A stretch of 64,000 bases of DNA from Giardia intestinalis. Lineage: Eukaryota. The notes beneath the pieces were generated by a model. That model was not told where the DNA came from. It made no database searches and saw nothing but the letters and a program-made list of their open reading frames with translations. The translations under genes were made by a program, and so were the position numbers. Shown here one piece after another: positions 29,522-38,846 of this stretch. The stretch's first letter is position 1, and each line of letters opens with the position of its first letter. The stretch lies in assembly GCA_000002435.2 (NCBI GenBank), contig CM018791.1. One strand, given 5' to 3'.

Positions 29522-31480
29522 ATGCAATTTGCTGCCTTGCCACGTCGCTACAAATATGAGACTATCTTGGGTGATGTGAAGGCATCCAGGACCAGCAAAT
29601 GCAGCGATACGTCTAGTAGCAGAGTGGTGGCAGTCAGATTTGTTCAGGAAGAATTTTACATTTCGGAGGATTCGAAGGCAAAAACGTCAGCTGACTACCC
29701 GGAAGGTGACCGAGTGAAGATTGATCGGAGCAAAGGCGTGTATATAGAGCAGATCTCTTTTCTCCTTGGGCTTAAGAACCAGTATTTGCTTTCATACGAC
29801 AAGCTGACTTCCGGGATTGCAACGGGGCGTTTTTATCTCCCCATGACATTTGTTCGCGGAGGATCCCTTAGAGATTGGATGGTCGAGCGTAAAGAATCCA
29901 AAACCCCTCTGACCCCGGTAGAGCTGTGGAGACTACTGTCTCCGGTAATTTCTGCTCTTGCCTACCTTCACGGTAGTTACAAAACAGAGAAGTATACCAC
30001 TGCTGCTGGCACCCAAAAACCAATCCGCCAACTTTATCACGGCGGCGTACACCCTGGAAACATTTTGCTTACGGAAGGAGGCTCTACGCTTCTTACTGAT
30101 CCATGCATCTGCCGCACGGCAACCATGAGCACTTTTATTCTGGATTTGGAAAATGCTCAGAAGCAACGGGACAAGTTCAAGTCCATTCAAGGGTACCTGT
30201 CATACCTCGCTCCAGAGGTGTTGCAGACCTACAAGCATCTTCCTGCCTCCGATATATGGTCTCTGGGCATTATCGCCCTAGAGATGTTCTCATCTAGAAA
30301 GCCTAAAGTACCCCCATATGGGCCAGATGCAGTAGACTACTTTTCCACTTGGACCCCGCCGGATACCTCGTCTTTTCCCAGTGAGGTAGCGTATTTTTTA
30401 GAATCTACTTTGGCTATTAGACCGGAAGACAGGATTACAGCCGGAGATTTACTTCAACTGCCGTTTATTCAAAGGATAATGCAAGAGAAGATAGCCGGAC
30501 GAAGTGTAACTGTAACCATAGCAGCCTGTGGCGATGGTGTCAATGGAGGCCTGTCTGGTGAGCAAAAGCAGCCAGTGACTACTTCACTTCCGGCATTGAC
30601 TGCAGAAGACTTCAAAAGAATGTTTCCAGGGGAAAAGGTGCCCAGCTGCATCCTTAAAAGGGAAAGAGATCTACAAGCTCAAATACAGAATGGTGACAGT
30701 AATCTTCTCGATTCAACTACGTCCGGAGCTAAGAAAAAATCTAGTTCCAAAGCACGTGGATTGAAAATCCCGGGAAATTATAAAGATACACATGACGGCC
30801 TTATCAATGCAATAAAGGACAACAATCTGAATGCCGTCAAAGCTCTTGTAAGGCACGCTAAGAGCTATGATAAAAATGGACTAACTGCAATGGCCCATGC
30901 TGCCATCCTAGGTCGCTCAGAAGTTGTCGAACTTCTTCTTCCCCATGAGGGAGGAATGCGGCTGAAGTGTGACAGAGATGTGGCAAACCTTCTCTATTCA
31001 TCGCCGACATCAATGATGCTTGCCGCATCCGAAGGCAATGACGCAGTGATTAGGGTGCTACAAGACTGCGAGGCTCGTGCATCAACTGCGAATCATTGTA
31101 GAACAGCCCTTATGGCTGCTGCTGCGTGCGGTTATCCGTCGATTGTCTCCCTGTTGGTCAAGGACGAGGCACGGATGACGACAGATAATGGTACAACTGC
31201 TCTGATGCTTAGTGCAAGGGGAGGGCGGCTAGAATGTGTGAGTATTTTGGTACAACAGGAGCACGGATTGGTTGACAGGTGGGGCAACTCCGCTCTAGTT
31301 TTAGCCGCAGTTAATGGTCATATGTCTTGTGTAGATGTCTTGGCTGAATACGAAGGTGAAGAATATGCGCGGCGTGCCATAAGTCTTGCCCCAGAAGCTA
31401 ACAGGGAGGAGCTCACTGCTAAGCTTCTAACGTACATTAGTGCACCTCCTCCCGCAAAGAACTCTCTAGTTATAGTTTAG
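29522..31480 (+). CDS. NEK-like protein kinase homologue with C-terminal ankyrin repeats; predicted pseudokinase
   Basis: Kinase fold with HGGVHPGNILL in place of HRDLKPxNIL and no DFG motif, but the substrate-binding stretch YLAPEV and DIWSLGII are retained. At least 5 ankyrin repeats follow (GLTAMAHAAILGRSEVVELLL, TALMAAAACGYPSIVSLLV...). ATG in the context aaaaaacaaaaATG. Confidence 0.7.
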   Translation: MQFAALPRRYKYETILGDVKASRTSKCSDTSSSRVVAVRFVQEEFYISEDSKAKTSADYPEGDRVKIDRSKGVYIEQISFLLGLKNQYLLSYDKLTSGIATGRFYLPMTFVRGGSLRDWMVERKESKTPLTPVELWRLLSPVISALAYLHGSYKTEKYTTAAGTQKPIRQLYHGGVHPGNILLTEGGSTLLTDPCICRTATMSTFILDLENAQKQRDKFKSIQGYLSYLAPEVLQTYKHLPASDIWSLGIIALEMFSSRKPKVPPYGPDAVDYFSTWTPPDTSSFPSEVAYFLESTLAIRPEDRITAGDLLQLPFIQRIMQEKIAGRSVTVTIAACGDGVNGGLSGEQKQPVTTSLPALTAEDFKRMFPGEKVPSCILKRERDLQAQIQNGDSNLLDSTTSGAKKKSSSKARGLKIPGNYKDTHDGLINAIKDNNLNAVKALVRHAKSYDKNGLTAMAHAAILGRSEVVELLLPHEGGMRLKCDRDVANLLYSSPTSMMLAASEGNDAVIRVLQDCEARASTANHCRTALMAAAACGYPSIVSLLVKDEARMTTDNGTTALMLSARGGRLECVSILVQQEHGLVDRWGNSALVLAAVNGHMSCVDVLAEYEGEEYARRAISLAPEANREELTAKLLTYISAPPPAKNSLVIV

Positions 31481-31503
31481 CTGTAGATTATCTACTGAAT
31501 TGT

Positions 31504-32649
31504 ATGTCAGCTAAAGAATTTATGATTACATGGTCTATAGACTCTATCTATGTGGTGCTACTCCTAAGAACACTGATACCGTATACATGTTTGTTTCTGA
31601 GTAGCCTAATCCCCCCGCACATACCAGTCTACGATAAGCGGATGGGTGTTATTCGCGTCTTTCTATCGTGGGATGTCGAATGGTTTCTAAGGATAGCGGG
31701 CGGCGGCTATAGCACGGAAGCTCGTCTTGCATTCTTCCCTGCCTTGCCCTTCTTGCTTCGTGAGATTGGCATCAAGGGTGTCCTCGCATTGAACGGAGTG
31801 CTACGGATCATAAATGCAGTACTCCAGATTAAGTTATGCTGGCACCTGAATCGATTGGCTGGAGAAGCTTTCACACCGCAAACTATAAGGAAGCTCCACT
31901 TCCTCCTCATTTTTTCACCAATAGCTGTGTTTGAAACAGTTCCATACACAGAAACCCTGTTTGGATGTCTGAGCGTAATGTTTCTTTTAGTGTACAGCTC
32001 CATGACTCTTTACAATAAAAAGGTACAGGTACTTGGTTATGTTGCGCTTGTACTGATAGGCATGCTGATGGGACTGGTTAGAAATACAGCCGTATTTCAT
32101 GCAGGATACTTTATGTTTGGTGTAATTTTCTTGTCCAGGCCCATAGGAGAGCTTATCCTTAGTGGGTATTATTTTCTATCCGTTCTTCTTCCGCTGAAAA
32201 GAAGATTGGAGCAGTATTATGAAATGTGTATACCCTTGAAGAATGTCTCTAAAATCTACTCGAATATTCAGAATAAGTACTGGGGTGTTGGTCTCTTTAA
32301 CTACTGGAAAATCACAAATCTTCCACGGTTTTTGCTTGTCCTTCCATCAACATTTCTGTGTCTGAGTTATATGTTTACAGAAAGCAAGAAATGGATACAT
32401 AGCGTCTGCCGAGAACGCAATGTATTCCCGAGGCTTACATCCTTTAAGTTTGCGGTTGCTACTCATGCTTTCGTATTGACAAGTATAGTAGTTTTTTTGG
32501 CCAATGTGGAAATCCTACCGCGAATTCTGCTTTCTTCGTGCCCTAGCATCCTAGCTCATGTTCCCTTTAACCGTAGCACTATCTATATGGTTGTTCTCGT
32601 TTCCACGCTCGGGGCGGGGCTCTTCGGGGCGTTCCTTCCCTGGACGTAG
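31504..32649 (+). CDS. GPI mannosyltransferase 2 (PIG-V/Gpi18 family)-like multi-pass membrane protein
   Basis: The motif WDVEWFLRIAGGGYSTEARLAFFPALP matches the PIG-V signature (W.DGEHFLHIAEHGY..E...AFFPGFP). The protein has many TM helices. Its last ~17 codons lie inside the inverted-repeat left arm. Confidence 0.55.
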   Translation: MSAKEFMITWSIDSIYVVLLLRTLIPYTCLFLSSLIPPHIPVYDKRMGVIRVFLSWDVEWFLRIAGGGYSTEARLAFFPALPFLLREIGIKGVLALNGVLRIINAVLQIKLCWHLNRLAGEAFTPQTIRKLHFLLIFSPIAVFETVPYTETLFGCLSVMFLLVYSSMTLYNKKVQVLGYVALVLIGMLMGLVRNTAVFHAGYFMFGVIFLSRPIGELILSGYYFLSVLLPLKRRLEQYYEMCIPLKNVSKIYSNIQNKYWGVGLFNYWKITNLPRFLLVLPSTFLCLSYMFTESKKWIHSVCRERNVFPRLTSFKFAVATHAFVLTSIVVFLANVEILPRILLSSCPSILAHVPFNRSTIYMVVLVSTLGAGLFGAFLPWT

Positions 32650-32664
32650 GGCGCAGATTTGGGC
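32648..32664 (+). promoter_or_regulatory. Histone promoter motif GGGCGCAGATTTGGGC upstream of H4 copy 1
   Basis: Shares the GCGCAGATTT core with the motif upstream of H2A. Lies about 35-50 bp upstream of the ATG. Confidence 0.5.
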
Positions 32665-32697
32665 TAAAAAAGAAGACGCGGGAAGGGGCAAATAAAA

Positions 32698-32997
32698 ATG
32701 TCTGGCAAGGGTAAGGGTAAGGGCTACGGCAAGTCGAAGCGCCACTCGAAGGAGAAGGACACGCTCGGGGGCATCACGAAGCCCGCCATCCGCCGTCTGG
32801 CGCGCCGTGGAGGTGTGAAGCGCATCTCCTCGACGATCTACCAGCAGACCCGCGAGGTCCTCAAGGCGTTCCTCGAGGTCGTTCTCCGCGACTCCCTCAC
32901 ATACACAGAACACGGCCAGCGCAAGACGGTCACGTCCCAGGACGTCGTCTACGCTCTCAAGCGCCAGGGCCGCACACTCTATGGATTCGGGATCTAA
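32698..32997 (+). CDS. H4: Histone H4 (copy 1)
   Basis: Translation ...[85 protein letters not shown] is a canonical H4 core. ATG in the context caaataaaaATG. Confidence 0.9.
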   Translation: MSGKGKGKGYGKSKRHSKEKDTLGGITKPAIRRLARRGGVKRISSTIYQQTREVLKAFLEVVLRDSLTYTEHGQRKTVTSQDVVYALKRQGRTLYGFGI

Positions 32998-35640
32998 TTA
33001 TAGTAAACAGTCTGTCTCCCCGTAGCTTCTGTAGTCGCACCCGCTGGGGTCAAGGACGTCTCCTTCGAGTGGGCAGAGGATCCTGATGGCGGGTGTGTGT
33101 CCCCGGCTCGCCGCATACATCAAAGCGCAGCGCCCTGCTGCATCAATTGCTCCGTGCTCCAGAGGGGCAAGCACATGCACAGATGCCATCTGGCCACAGA
33201 GGACGGCCTCGATCAGCGCTGTCCGGCCACGGTTGTTCCGGAGCCCTGCTTCAACGGTGACGAGCTGGCAGACCGCAGCCGTGGCGCCCACGACCGCGGC
33301 GCACATGAGGGCTGTCCACCCCTCTACCGTTTGAGCGCGGGCCTCGTAAAGAAGGAGCGCCTCAACACCCTCCACGTAGTTTGAGGCGGCGGCCACCATC
33401 AGGGCCGTCTCGCCGCGCTTGTTCTGCAGCCGCGCTTCAGTCCTGAGAAGACTGAGAGCATCTGTAGCCCAGAACCGCGCCGCATAGATCAGGGCAGTGT
33501 CTCCATCGAAGTCCTGCCTGCCGTGCTGGAAGGGGAGAAGCCTATCGATGCAGCCAACGCGGTTGTTTGCCGCCGCAGCCATTAGAGCAGTGCGCCCCCG
33601 ACTGTCTGCGATGTCCGCCTCTGCCCCCACGAGGAGGTTGAGGAGCTGATGCATACCGCGTTGCGCCGCCAGGAAAAGAGCTGTGCAGCCTTGGGCGTCG
33701 CGGCCTCCGGCGTCTGTTCGCATCCGCTGGAGAACCATGGCCTCGTCGCACGAGAAGATTGCGTGCTGTAGAGGGCTGCGGCGGAGAGTGTTGTGGACCA
33801 GCTCAGACCGCAGCTTCTGACGGATACACGGATGTGTCGCAAGCATCGATAGAGCGGTGCGCGCCACAGGGTCCGGCTGGAGCATGCCAGCCAAGACTCC
33901 GTGCAGCTCGTCCGAGTACGACAGACCAAGAAAGTGGCCTCGGAGATGTGCCTGGGCGTCATCCAGTGTCGAGCAAGCAATGATATCTCCGCGGCAGAGG
34001 TGGCAAATTGTTTGTGCCAGCTCCCAAAGGTCTGCCCGGGAGCCTCCAACCCATGACTGGGCGCTGCCAGGACGAAGTTCAGGTGCAGTGAAGGGATCCA
34101 GACCCTTGTCCAAAGCCAAGTGTCCGCAGCGAGATGGCTGCGTAAGCTTCTTGGCGAAGCGCAGAGCAGACCCTGTGTCAAGAAGGCGCAGATCCCCTTC
34201 CTGGGTCAAATAAAGCGCCCACGGGCGGATAGCATGGTGACAGAGGGGGCCGTCAGAGCGCGTCTGGAGCATGCAGAGCACATCGACAACGGCAATAAGT
34301 AGGCTCCAGACCTTCTGCTCACAGAGACCTCCCCTGTCCAGAGTTCCTACGACGTCGCTGAGACGGTGAAGGGAAGCGGCCTCCACGGCCTCATAGGCGT
34401 AGGTGTTTAAGGAGCTGATCTTTCCAAAGGACAAGGGCACAATATATGGATGCGATATTGAAGCTAATTCTGCAAAATATTCAGTTATAGCATTCTGCAA
34501 CACAGAGTCATCTCCGATACGATATACTTTGCAGAAAACACGGATACCTGTGCTACGATTTTTGAGAACAAAACCTTCACACATTCCGTTGAATCCACAG
34601 TGCGCTATGGGTAGGTAGTCTGGGAGATCCAAGAGTATGCTTTCTAGAGAGTTTTCAATTAGAGAAGATAATCCATCAGAACGGCCTGTCAGAGGCTTCT
34701 GCAACCAGGAAGGTAAAACAAGAGGCTGCGGTACATCGAGAGGAGGCTCTAAAAGAGATCCAATGGGTATAGAACGAAGAAGGGTGCGACTAGCAAAGGG
34801 AACTTTGGATAGAAGGTCACAAACTTTGGGATGCAAGAGAAGTTTGGTAGGAGTTGGCCTATCGGAGGGTCTGTATGCTAGGAGCTGTGCCACTAACGGC
34901 CGCAAAGTTAGGGGAACCTTCTCCACCAAAGTCGATGCACGCTTTGGTAAGGCGCTAGGACCAAGAGTTGAAAGAATGGCCGGAAGCACCTGTGATCTAT
35001 CGTCTCCAAATGGATAGCTGCCATTACAGATTCTGTATAACAGACATCCGAGAGACCACATAACCGACTGTGTACTTCCTGGCCCCCCATGAAGAACTTC
35101 AGGACTTGAGCAGGGCCCGACAACAAGCGAGGATACACAGATGTTATCCCTAGGAGGTTCCAGGGCTACTCGAGGGTGTAAGAGAACCCGAAAAAGGTCA
35201 ATCTCTTTATCGTATGAAAAATGCGCAGGGTCCAGCTCCTCGACCGGCAGGGTGTCGAAGAGAGCTGCAGGACAGAGAAACTCCTTATCAAGCTCACTAT
35301 AGAGAGCAGCAACAGAAGCTATAAGTCTCCAACAAAGCCTCACACGCATGGAAATGGACTGGTCTTTGGTGTCAGCAATTGGAGAATAGGGGAGTAGAAG
35401 CCGAAGCTGTATGACCTCTGGAACAGACTCTTCATTAATTGCATAATTCATTACAAGCGGATGGATGGGCTTAGAGATGTATAATGTGAGCCGCTGTCTC
35501 CATGCGTCAATAGATCCTTGTGGTAAGCTCTGGAAGTGAATATTATGGATATCTTGCCCACAGAGGTCTGTATTCTTGCTAACAGTAAAGGTGACGCGCT
35601 GCATAGTATAAAGGTTGGGACAGTGAGAGTCTTCTGGCAT
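32998..35640 (-). CDS. NEK-like kinase homologue with C-terminal ankyrin repeats (Protein 21.1-like); predicted pseudokinase
   Basis: The ORF-track start at 35712 is TTG; the first in-frame ATG is at 35640. The kinase-like domain carries CHHAIRPWALYL and LDTGS in place of HRD and DFG. The C-terminal ~300 aa are ankyrin repeats, encoded inside the left repeat arm. Confidence 0.7.
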   Translation of the reverse strand: MPEDSHCPNLYTMQRVTFTVSKNTDLCGQDIHNIHFQSLPQGSIDAWRQRLTLYISKPIHPLVMNYAINEESVPEVIQLRLLLPYSPIADTKDQSISMRVRLCWRLIASVAALYSELDKEFLCPAALFDTLPVEELDPAHFSYDKEIDLFRVLLHPRVALEPPRDNICVSSLVVGPCSSPEVLHGGPGSTQSVMWSLGCLLYRICNGSYPFGDDRSQVLPAILSTLGPSALPKRASTLVEKVPLTLRPLVAQLLAYRPSDRPTPTKLLLHPKVCDLLSKVPFASRTLLRSIPIGSLLEPPLDVPQPLVLPSWLQKPLTGRSDGLSSLIENSLESILLDLPDYLPIAHCGFNGMCEGFVLKNRSTGIRVFCKVYRIGDDSVLQNAITEYFAELASISHPYIVPLSFGKISSLNTYAYEAVEAASLHRLSDVVGTLDRGGLCEQKVWSLLIAVVDVLCMLQTRSDGPLCHHAIRPWALYLTQEGDLRLLDTGSALRFAKKLTQPSRCGHLALDKGLDPFTAPELRPGSAQSWVGGSRADLWELAQTICHLCRGDIIACSTLDDAQAHLRGHFLGLSYSDELHGVLAGMLQPDPVARTALSMLATHPCIRQKLRSELVHNTLRRSPLQHAIFSCDEAMVLQRMRTDAGGRDAQGCTALFLAAQRGMHQLLNLLVGAEADIADSRGRTALMAAAANNRVGCIDRLLPFQHGRQDFDGDTALIYAARFWATDALSLLRTEARLQNKRGETALMVAAASNYVEGVEALLLYEARAQTVEGWTALMCAAVVGATAAVCQLVTVEAGLRNNRGRTALIEAVLCGQMASVHVLAPLEHGAIDAAGRCALMYAASRGHTPAIRILCPLEGDVLDPSGCDYRSYGETDCLL
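33002..33008 (+). terminator. Poly(A) signal AGTAAAC, 5 nt past the H4 stop
   Basis: The sequence runs atc TAA tta t AGTAAAC. The signal lies inside the last codons of the convergent NEK-like gene, whose stop codon directly abuts the H4 stop. Confidence 0.5.
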
Positions 35641-35866
35641 AAGGGGATTTTTGGCTCTTTCTACGCCATATGAGCATAATGTGTCCCTCACCAAGACACT
35701 AGTTAATTGCAACCGAGAGTCACCTTGTAAGATTCAGCAGCCCCTGGGGCAGTCAGGCTTTTCAAGAAAACGTTCCCTTGGGCTTTGATGGACCATGGCT
35801 AAGTCAGAGCAAAAGCGTAAGATAATAGCGTGTTTATCTCTCCAGCGGAAAGACGCGTTGCACCAT

Positions 35867-36830
35867 TGACGCCCAGGCACATCTCCGAGGCCACTTTCTT
35901 GGTCTGTCGTACTCGGACGAGCTGCACGGAGTCTTGGCTGGCATGCTCCAGCCGGACCCTGTGGCGCGCACCGCTCTATCGATGCTTGCGACACATCCGT
36001 GTATCCGTCAGAAGCTGCGGTCTGAGCTGGTCCACAACACTCTCCGCCGCAGCCCTCTACAGCACGCAATCTTCTCGTGCGACGAGGCCATGGTTCTCCA
36101 GCGGATGCGAACAGACGCCGGAGGCCGCGACGCCCAAGGCTGCACAGCTCTTTTCCTGGCGGCGCAACGCGGTATGCATCAGCTCCTCAACCTCCTCGTG
36201 GGGGCAGAGGCGGACATCGCAGACAGTCGGGGGCGCACTGCTCTAATGGCTGCGGCGGCAAACAACCGCGTTGGCTGCATCGATAGGCTTCTCCCCTTCC
36301 AGCACGGCAGGCAGGACTTCGATGGAGACACTGCCCTGATCTATGCGGCGCGGTTCTGGGCTACAGATGCTCTCAGTCTTCTCAGGACTGAAGCGCGGCT
36401 GCAGAACAAGCGCGGCGAGACGGCCCTGATGGTGGCCGCCGCCTCAAACTACGTGGAGGGTGTTGAGGCGCTCCTTCTTTACGAGGCCCGCGCTCAAACG
36501 GTAGAGGGGTGGACAGCCCTCATGTGCGCCGCGGTCGTGGGCGCCACGGCTGCGGTCTGCCAGCTCGTCACCGTTGAAGCAGGGCTCCGGAACAACCGTG
36601 GCCGGACAGCGCTGATCGAGGCCGTCCTCTGTGGCCAGATGGCATCTGTGCATGTGCTTGCCCCTCTGGAGCACGGAGCAATTGATGCAGCAGGGCGCTG
36701 CGCTTTGATGTATGCGGCGAGCCGGGGACACACACCCGCCATCAGGATCCTCTGCCCACTCGAAGGAGACGTCCTTGACCCCAGCGGGTGCGACTACAGA
36801 AGCTACGGGGAGACAGACTGTTTACTATAA
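35867..36830 (+). pseudogene. Truncated copy of the ankyrin-repeat 3' end of the NEK-like gene (gene fragment without promoter or kinase domain)
   Basis: Encodes a stretch identical to the C-terminal ~300 aa of the 32998-35640 protein. The reading frame opens at the repeat boundary with no ATG in a good context; a TTG lies at 35934 and an ATG at 35943. Confidence 0.65.
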
Positions 36831-37130
36831 TTAGATCCCGAATCCATAGAGTGTGCGGCCCTGGCGCTTGAGAGCGTAGACGACGTCCTGGGACGTGACC
36901 GTCTTGCGCTGGCCGTGTTCTGTGTATGTGAGGGAGTCGCGGAGAACGACCTCGAGGAACGCCTTGAGGACCTCGCGGGTCTGCTGGTAGATCGTCGAGG
37001 AGATGCGCTTCACACCTCCACGGCGCGCCAGACGGCGGATGGCGGGCTTCGTGATGCCCCCGAGCGTGTCCTTCTCCTTCGAGTGGCGCTTCGACTTGCC
37101 GTAGCCCTTACCCTTACCCTTGCCAGACAT
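36831..37130 (-). CDS. H4: Histone H4 (copy 2, identical to copy 1)
   Basis: The protein is 100% identical to the 32698-32997 product. Promoter motif and the AGTAAAC poly(A) signal are mirrored as well. Confidence 0.9.
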   Translation of the reverse strand: MSGKGKGKGYGKSKRHSKEKDTLGGITKPAIRRLARRGGVKRISSTIYQQTREVLKAFLEVVLRDSLTYTEHGQRKTVTSQDVVYALKRQGRTLYGFGI

Positions 37131-37163
37131 TTTTATTTGCCCCTTCCCGCGTCTTCTTTTTTA

Positions 37164-37180
37164 GCCCAAATCTGCGCCCT
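37164..37180 (-). promoter_or_regulatory. Histone promoter motif (mirror copy) upstream of H4 copy 2
   Basis: The plus-strand sequence gcccaaatctgcgccc is the reverse complement of GGGCGCAGATTTGGGC. Confidence 0.5.
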
Positions 37181-37303
37181 ACGTCCAGGGAAGGAACGCC
37201 CCGAAGAGCCCCGCCCCGAGCGTGGAAACAAAGACACCACTGAGTAAAACCTTGCTTTGTCAGTTTTGACTCTCAATAGCAAGAATTTGCAGGCTAAAAT
37301 TAA

Positions 37304-37576
37304 ATGACCATAACGGCTCCGATTCAGCTTCTTTTTGAGGCAATTGATATGTGTGTGTCCGTAGAAACCAGGACAGGTAGCATATATGAAGGAAAGCTTG
37401 TGTCTGTAGAACCAACGCTTTCGGTTACTATTTCGAACTGCACAATAACACACCCTACGGGTCAAAAGGAAACAGCACAAACGGTTATGCTGAGAGGATC
37501 TGAAGTTCGGTTTGTGTCTGTTCCTAATGCCCTCGTAGACTCTCCGGTATTGAAGCAGGGAAATCGCAAAATTTAA
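37304..37576 (+). CDS. Small nuclear ribonucleoprotein Sm D3-like (Sm fold, no RG tail)
   Basis: The N-terminal motif APIQLLFEAIDMCVSVETRTGSIYEGKL...ISNCTIT aligns with SmD3 [29 protein letters not shown]...MSNITVT, and VMLRGSEVRFVSVPNALVDSPVLK aligns with [24 protein letters not shown]. Confidence 0.75.
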   Translation: MTITAPIQLLFEAIDMCVSVETRTGSIYEGKLVSVEPTLSVTISNCTITHPTGQKETAQTVMLRGSEVRFVSVPNALVDSPVLKQGNRKI

Positions 37577-37590
37577 AAAACGCTTCAGGT

Positions 37591-38811
37591 ATGAACAAGC
37601 TGATTGCCGTCGAGGCATGTCGGTGCTTGGCGGTAATACAGGACACTATAGACGTGCTTGAGCGGGTAATGTGTGTCAATCCAACTCTCTTTACTTTAGG
37701 CTTAGACTTTGATGGTTTGCTGGGCAAGGAGTTGTCGACTGCTATGCGGAAATATCAACAAACTCGCACTACACTGGAATCATTGCGCACAGAGTTGGCT
37801 TCTGTGAAGGCAGCAGGCTTCAAAGCACGACTTAAGTCTATTCAGCGGAAGATAGAAGGCGCCACGGATATGTTTCAGAAGGCTGTGAAGCAGCTAATAG
37901 TTTTGTTAGCGGGTGAGCTGGATTTCATTCCCAAGTTGGAGCAGGCGGGGGTTCAGCCTGTGTTGCTGCAGCCTCAGGCGGCTGTGCTTGGAGGAGCTGC
38001 AGGACGCTCCACTGCTACTGCCTCTGTAGCAGGGGACCACGCTCAAGTCCTCTCTCAGAGTCAAACGGGCACACTTGTCCCCAATCAAGCAGCCCAAAAC
38101 TATGCCAGTATCAATGATCTAATTGCTATTCTCAAGTCCCTGCATCACGTTGTCTCCATTGACATGATGACGAGTGCTGACCAAGAGAAGCAGAAGAAGA
38201 CCATGCTTGCGGCTTTGGCGGCCTCTGAGCGCACAAATTTGGCACATCTTCAATCTCTCCGCCGGGAGCTGGATATCACGATGGGGCAATGTCAGTCGGC
38301 TGAAGAGAGGGTTGCTCTGCACTTGGCTACCATAAACGAGTTACTAACTACTAACGCTGTCAATGCAGACAACGAAACAACCAGGTTGATAGAGGAGTCT
38401 TCGGGATTGGAGACACAGAGCCAGGAGTCGTACTCAAAACGAATTGGTGATATAATGCCAAAGATACTTGAGCTCCAGCGGAAAGTTGCAGACTTATGTA
38501 AGAAGCATAGAGATAATGTAGTAGACATTCAGCGAAACAAGCGCCGCTCTGAGTTTCAGATTCGCAACTGGTTAAAGAACTATGATGAACGGTGTATCGA
38601 CTGTGACAACCTCATCTATAAACTCCGGTACGAGATCAACATAAGCGAAGATCGAATTGGAGTCCTCCAGGGTGTCATCAATGCATACAACGCATACCTA
38701 ACTAAGCGCACAAGCCAGTACGAAGAGAAGGAGGAGGTACTACGGCAGTTCATGCTCAGCTGGGAACTTCCTCCAGTTGTCTACGAAACACAACATAAGG
38801 AATTCGGATAG
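37591..38811 (+). CDS. Hypothetical coiled-coil protein
   Basis: 406-aa ORF whose ATG lies 14 bp after the SmD3 stop. Heptad-rich, Q/E/K/L-rich sequence with no catalytic motifs. Confidence 0.5.
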   Translation: MNKLIAVEACRCLAVIQDTIDVLERVMCVNPTLFTLGLDFDGLLGKELSTAMRKYQQTRTTLESLRTELASVKAAGFKARLKSIQRKIEGATDMFQKAVKQLIVLLAGELDFIPKLEQAGVQPVLLQPQAAVLGGAAGRSTATASVAGDHAQVLSQSQTGTLVPNQAAQNYASINDLIAILKSLHHVVSIDMMTSADQEKQKKTMLAALAASERTNLAHLQSLRRELDITMGQCQSAEERVALHLATINELLTTNAVNADNETTRLIEESSGLETQSQESYSKRIGDIMPKILELQRKVADLCKKHRDNVVDIQRNKRRSEFQIRNWLKNYDERCIDCDNLIYKLRYEINISEDRIGVLQGVINAYNAYLTKRTSQYEEKEEVLRQFMLSWELPPVVYETQHKEFG

Positions 38812-38846
38812 ATAGATTGCTTTATTTTATTTACTTTAAAGGAGTC

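Larger units (their letters stand above)
32599..33961. repeat. Left arm of a perfect 1363-bp inverted repeat
   Basis: Reverse-complement identical to 35867-37229. All six ORF-track proteins in the two arms are pairwise identical and their offsets match exactly. I checked both boundaries nucleotide by nucleotide. Confidence 0.85.
35867..37229. repeat. Right arm of the perfect 1363-bp inverted repeat
   Basis: Reverse-complement identical to 32599-33961. The two arms are separated by a 1905-bp unique spacer (33962-35866) that holds the kinase-domain part and the promoter of the intact gene. Confidence 0.85.

Noticed and set aside
33582-34181. 199-aa minus-strand ORF, and its partial twin at 35830-36246 on the plus strand
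   Set aside because: It lies antisense within the NEK-like/ankyrin coding sequence, and the duplication is explained by the inverted repeat. It is a GC-rich chance ORF.
35641-35712. ORF-track start codons at 35712 (TTG), 29543 (GTG), 56405 (GTG), 7239 (TTG), 47672 (GTG) and 35934 (TTG)
   Set aside because: The track evidently allows non-ATG initiators. In each case I moved the start to the first in-frame ATG, several of which sit in the AT-rich aaaATG context typical of this organism.
37133-37618. 161-aa ORF on the minus strand
   Set aside because: It is entirely antisense to the well-supported SmD3 gene and to the 5' end of the downstream coiled-coil gene, and it has no recognisable features.
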